NCBI GenBank assembly: GCA_039930765.1
Contig: JBDTTF010000011.1
Location: 28,815 to 92,814 of the forward strand
Length of the DNA: 64,000 bases
Source of the DNA: Gemmatimonadota bacterium
GTDB lineage: Bacteria > Gemmatimonadota > Gemmatimonadetes > Gemmatimonadales > GWC2-71-9
Direction: 5' to 3'
Shown: positions 60,601-64,000 of the stretch, in pieces
How positions within the stretch are numbered: the first letter of the stretch is position 1
Layout: every line of letters starts with the position of its first letter
Notes under the pieces: model-generated
Seen by the model: the letters and a program-made list of their open reading frames with translations, nothing else
Told to the model about the DNA's origin: nothing
Database searches by the model: none
Position numbers and translations under genes: made by a program

Positions 60601-61340
60601 AGCTGGACGTCGTGTTCGCCCCTCTGGGGCTCCAGCCGGCCGAGGTCCAGGGCCGGACGGTGTTCGTCATCGATGTGCTCCGCGCCACCACGACCATGTG
60701 CGCCGCGCTGTCCAAAGGCGCGCGCGGGGTCATTCCCGTCGCCGATACCGACGAAGCGCTCCGCCTGGCCCAGACCCTCGATAGCGCCGATGTGGTGCTG
60801 GCGGGAGAACGCCAGTGCCTGCCGATACCCGGCTTTCCGCTGGGCAACAGTCCGCGGGACATGACCGCCGAAGCGGTCCGCGGCAAGACCATCATCATGA
60901 CCACCACCAACGGAACCCGCGCCATCCTGGCCAGCCAGGGGGCCGCCGCGGTATTCCCGATGGCGGCAGCCAATCTCTCGGTGGCGGGCCGGAAGGCCCA
61001 CCAGGTCTGGGAGCGCGACCAGGACCTGCTGATCCTGTGCGCCGGTCGGGACGGGCGGTTCGCGCTCGACGATGCGTACGCCGCCGGCCGGTTGGCACTC
61101 GCGGCACTGGGTGGTCCCCGCCACCGCCGGGGACTCAATGATGCCGCGCTGGCCTCACTCGATTTTGTCCGCCGCTACGGTCTGCGGTGGGAACGGCCGC
61201 TGGCCGCCAGCCAGTCCGGCCGGGACCTGGCGGCACTCGACCTCAAGGCCGACATCCTCGACGCGGCCCGCGAGGATGCCTACCCGGTGCTGCTGCAGTT
61301 CCAGGATCGCCGGGTGACGCTGGTGCCGGAGCAGTCATGA
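60597..61340 (+). CDS. comB: 2-phosphosulfolactate phosphatase family protein (ComB-like)
   Basis: [39 protein letters not shown]; ATGA overlaps at both ends. Confidence 0.7.
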   Translation: MKLDVVFAPLGLQPAEVQGRTVFVIDVLRATTTMCAALSKGARGVIPVADTDEALRLAQTLDSADVVLAGERQCLPIPGFPLGNSPRDMTAEAVRGKTIIMTTTNGTRAILASQGAAAVFPMAAANLSVAGRKAHQVWERDQDLLILCAGRDGRFALDDAYAAGRLALAALGGPRHRRGLNDAALASLDFVRRYGLRWERPLAASQSGRDLAALDLKADILDAAREDAYPVLLQFQDRRVTLVPEQS

Positions 61341-63604
61341 GCGGGGAGTCGAGACAACGGATCGGCGCCATCGCAGCACTGGTGCTGGGACTGTTTTCGG
61401 CCATCGCGCTGCTGCCAACTTCCGCTACCGGCCCACTGGGGCACCTGCTCGGCCACTCCCTCTGGGTCACGCTCGGCGTTGGCGCGCTGGGCATACCGCT
61501 ACTCGGTTTTGGCGTGGCGCTCGCCGGATTCCGCCGAGCCCCCAACCTCGACATGAAGCGCTCCGCCATCCTGCTCGGCGGTTTGAGTGTGCTGGTGCCG
61601 TTCGTGATCGGGGTGGTCACCCATATCACCGAGTACCAGTTCGATCCGCCGCTCGAGGAATGGCATATCGCGGCCCGACTGACCGGGGAGCTGCCAGGAT
61701 TCCTGGCCCGGGTCACGACCAGCGGTATCGGGTTCGCGGGTGCGCTGCTGTTCGGATTTCTGGCGCTGTCCGCGCTCACGATCCTGACCATCGCGTGGCA
61801 TCCGCTGCAGCACCTCGAAGGAGGCAAGGCCGTCGATGGCAGTGCCCTGGCTTCGGGAACCGTCGCCGCAACCCCGGCCGCCGCCCATGCCTTCGTGCCG
61901 CACAAACCCAAGATCGCGCCGGTGGACGACGAGGACGATGACCCGATGGTCATCCCGATTTCCCGCCGGGACCGGAAGAAGAAGGGCGACAAGGCTGACA
62001 AGGCCGACAGGAAAAAGGGCACCAGCGAGTCACTCGAGGAGGACGAACTCCCGCCCATCGACCTGCTGACGCCGCCGACCAAGCAGGATATCGATGCCGG
62101 TCAGGCCGAACTGGACCGGCTGGGGCAGGTGCTGCTCGAGACCCTGAAGACCTTCAAGGTCGAGGGATCGATCGCGGGGCGGACGACCGGACCGGTGGTC
62201 ACCCAGTTCGAAGTGGTGCCGGCGCCGGGCGTGAAGGTGGGACGGATTGCCAACCTGGCGGACGACATGGCCATCACCATGCGGGCCCAGTCAATCCGGG
62301 TCGCCCCGATACCCGGCAAGGGTGCCGTCGGGGTCGAGATCCCCAATCCGACGGCCCGGATGGTCACCCTGCGGGAGCTGTTCGAATCGCCGGAGTGGGA
62401 CAATTCACGGGGTGCCTTGCCGATTGCCCTGGGCCGGGACCTCGAGGGCAAGCCCGTCGTGGCCGACCTCGGCAAGATGCCGCACCTGCTGATCGCCGGC
62501 GCCACCGGCTCCGGCAAGTCGGTGGCGATCAACACCATCATCACCAGCCTGGTGTACCGGTACACCCCGAGGGAGCTGCGGCTCCTGATGGTGGATCCGA
62601 AGATGGTCGAGCTGTCGATGTACAACTCGCTGCCCCACCTGCGCCACAAGGTGGTCACCGACAATCATGATGCGGCCACCGTGCTCAAGTGGGCGGTGTT
62701 CGAGATGAACCGGCGTTACGCCCTGCTGCATGTCAACAGTGCCAGGAATCTGGCCGATTTCAATCGCAAGGTGGTCGAAGGGAAGCCGCTGCGGAATCCG
62801 GCCCGGCCCAAGCCGACCATCTCGTCAGTGGCCGCCGAAGAACCGGATACGCCGGCGGAGCCGACTCAGGAGGAGATCTACTCCGACGACATTCTCCCGC
62901 TGATCGTACTCATCGTGGACGAGCTGGCCGACCTGATGATGACGGTGCAGGGTGAGGTCGAAACCCCGCTGGCCATGCTGGCCCAGAAGGCCCGGGCCAT
63001 CGGCATTCACCTGATCCTGGCCACCCAGCGTCCCAGCGTGAACGTGATCACCGGCTTGATCAAAGCCAACTTCCCGAGCCGGATCGCGTTCCGGGTGGCG
63101 TCCAAGGTCGACAGTCGGACCATTCTCGACCAGAATGGCGCCGAGGCCCTGCTGGGCAATGGCGACATGCTCTTCCTGCCGCCGGGCAAGAGCGAGCCGA
63201 TGCGATTGCAGGGCGCCTATATCGCCACCGAAGAGACCGAGCGGGTCATGGAGTGGTACCAGGCGAGGAAGGATGCCCGGAAGGCGGCGGCGTCGGAGGC
63301 CGCTTCGATCGAACCGGATATTCTGGCGCTGGTGCGGGCCCAGGAGGCCGATGACGATGGCCCCGGCGGCAGCGAGGAGGTCGGGGACCGGGACCCGTTG
63401 TTCCGCGAGTCGGCCGAGGCCTGCATCCAGAACGGCGGCGGCTCGACCTCACTGTTGCAACGCCGCCTGAGAGTTGGTTACGGCCGGGCGGCACGGATCA
63501 TCGATCAACTGCATTACGCCGGTATTCTGGGGCCTCCGGATGGCAGCAAGCCCCGCGAAATCCTGATCGGGATCAGCCAGGTGGACGAATACTGCAAGTC
63601 CTGA
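61337..63604 (+). CDS. ftsK: DNA translocase FtsK/SpoIIIE
   Basis: Four N-terminal TM segments, Lys/Asp-rich linker, Walker A GATGSGKS, VDELADLMM, ATQRPS, gamma winged-helix STSLLQRRLRVGYGRAARIIDQL. Confidence 0.95.
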   Translation: MSGESRQRIGAIAALVLGLFSAIALLPTSATGPLGHLLGHSLWVTLGVGALGIPLLGFGVALAGFRRAPNLDMKRSAILLGGLSVLVPFVIGVVTHITEYQFDPPLEEWHIAARLTGELPGFLARVTTSGIGFAGALLFGFLALSALTILTIAWHPLQHLEGGKAVDGSALASGTVAATPAAAHAFVPHKPKIAPVDDEDDDPMVIPISRRDRKKKGDKADKADRKKGTSESLEEDELPPIDLLTPPTKQDIDAGQAELDRLGQVLLETLKTFKVEGSIAGRTTGPVVTQFEVVPAPGVKVGRIANLADDMAITMRAQSIRVAPIPGKGAVGVEIPNPTARMVTLRELFESPEWDNSRGALPIALGRDLEGKPVVADLGKMPHLLIAGATGSGKSVAINTIITSLVYRYTPRELRLLMVDPKMVELSMYNSLPHLRHKVVTDNHDAATVLKWAVFEMNRRYALLHVNSARNLADFNRKVVEGKPLRNPARPKPTISSVAAEEPDTPAEPTQEEIYSDDILPLIVLIVDELADLMMTVQGEVETPLAMLAQKARAIGIHLILATQRPSVNVITGLIKANFPSRIAFRVASKVDSRTILDQNGAEALLGNGDMLFLPPGKSEPMRLQGAYIATEETERVMEWYQARKDARKAAASEAASIEPDILALVRAQEADDDGPGGSEEVGDRDPLFRESAEACIQNGGGSTSLLQRRLRVGYGRAARIIDQLHYAGILGPPDGSKPREILIGISQVDEYCKS

Positions 63605-63693
63605 CGAGTCGGATGGCCGAGGGGCAGGCGGGGTTGCCGAGACAGTCGAGACGGCCCGGGCAGGCGAGATCTGGTCATCGCATCCTGCCGCCC

Positions 63694-63701
63694 TATATTT
63701 G
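63694..63701 (+). promoter_or_regulatory. -10-like TATATTTG element upstream of the desaturase gene
   Basis: TATATT at 63694-63699 (weak -35 TGGTCA/CTGGTC), about 105 nt before ATG 63806. Confidence 0.3.
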
Positions 63702-63805
63702 AGGCCAGGATGGGCGGCCCCCCCTGTGGTTCCGGGTGCCGAAGCACCGTACCTACTGAATAGTTTTCGACAACTGACTCCGGTCACCTTACCCGAGAAC
63801 GACTG

Positions 63806-64000
63806 ATGGCCATTGACGCCGCGCAGTCCGAATCGAACGTCGAAAAGATTGACTGGAACACCATGCTGGCGCCGTACCGGCGGCCCTCCAAGTGGCGGAG
63901 CCTCTGGCAGCTTGGCACTACCATGCTGCTGCTGGCAGCGTTCTGGGCCGCGACTTACTGGAGCCTGTCGGTCGGCTACTGGCTGACCCTGCTGCTGGCC
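63806..64000 (+). CDS. fatty-acid desaturase family membrane protein, 5' fragment (continues beyond the window)
   Basis: Hand translation MAIDAAQSESNVEKIDWNTMLAPYRRPSKWRSLWQLGTTMLLLAAFWAATYWSLSVGYWLTLLLA, resembling the usual desaturase N-terminus; His boxes would lie outside the window. Confidence 0.5.
   Translation, partial: MAIDAAQSESNVEKIDWNTMLAPYRRPSKWRSLWQLGTTMLLLAAFWAATYWSLSVGYWLTLLLA

Overview
GC-rich (third codon positions mostly G/C) bacterial chromosomal segment from a diderm organism: BamD, LptD, a Tol-Pal cluster and PpiD are all present. Gene content would fit Gemmatimonadota or a neighbouring FCB-group lineage, but that is only an inference; no search was run. I can support 61 CDS and one tRNA-Leu(CAG). 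59 of the 61 CDS are on the + strand, and at least 27 gene junctions have overlapping stop/start codons (ATGA, GTGA, TTGA, TGATG).

Content is almost entirely core housekeeping:
- MoeB/MoeZ-type E1-rhodanese, smpB, a cell-wall amidase, pyrD and pyrF.
- The rpmJ-rpsM-rpsK-rpsD-rpoA-rplQ block and rpmB.
- A long block of nucleotide-sugar precursor genes (gmd, rmd, WbpD/WbpE/WbpA-like, ugd, uxs) with carB and murB embedded.
- TPR protein, lipoprotein and bamD in a coupled chain, then nadD and secA.
- radC, relA/spoT, an EVE-domain protein, uvrB, tsaE-tsaB-rimI and ssb.
- LysM protein, tolQ-tolR, TonB-C/TolA-like, tolB, pal, cpoB, lptD and an FN3-like lipoprotein.
- hutH, two very large acidic TPR proteins, a polyprenyl synthase, DUF4321-like, tatA and ppiD.
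- aroQ-pepP-accB-pilT-like-accC, comB, ftsK and the 5' end of a fatty-acid desaturase.

I saw no rRNA, CRISPR array, transposase, integrase, prophage or recognisable defence genes. I did not find a clear-cut new multi-gene system. The best candidates for a second look are:
1. A PilT/PilU-family ATPase translationally coupled between accB and accC.
2. The uncharacterised partners fused into envelope operons (amidase + TPR lipoprotein; TPR + lipoprotein + BamD; LysM + Tol-Pal + LptD + FN3 lipoprotein).
3. The glycosyltransferase-free sugar-precursor block.
4. The two acidic TPR giants.
5. An operator-like palindrome plus heptamer repeats in front of a probably leaderless uvrB.

All product calls rest on motif recognition by eye, and start codons are often uncertain by tens of nt.
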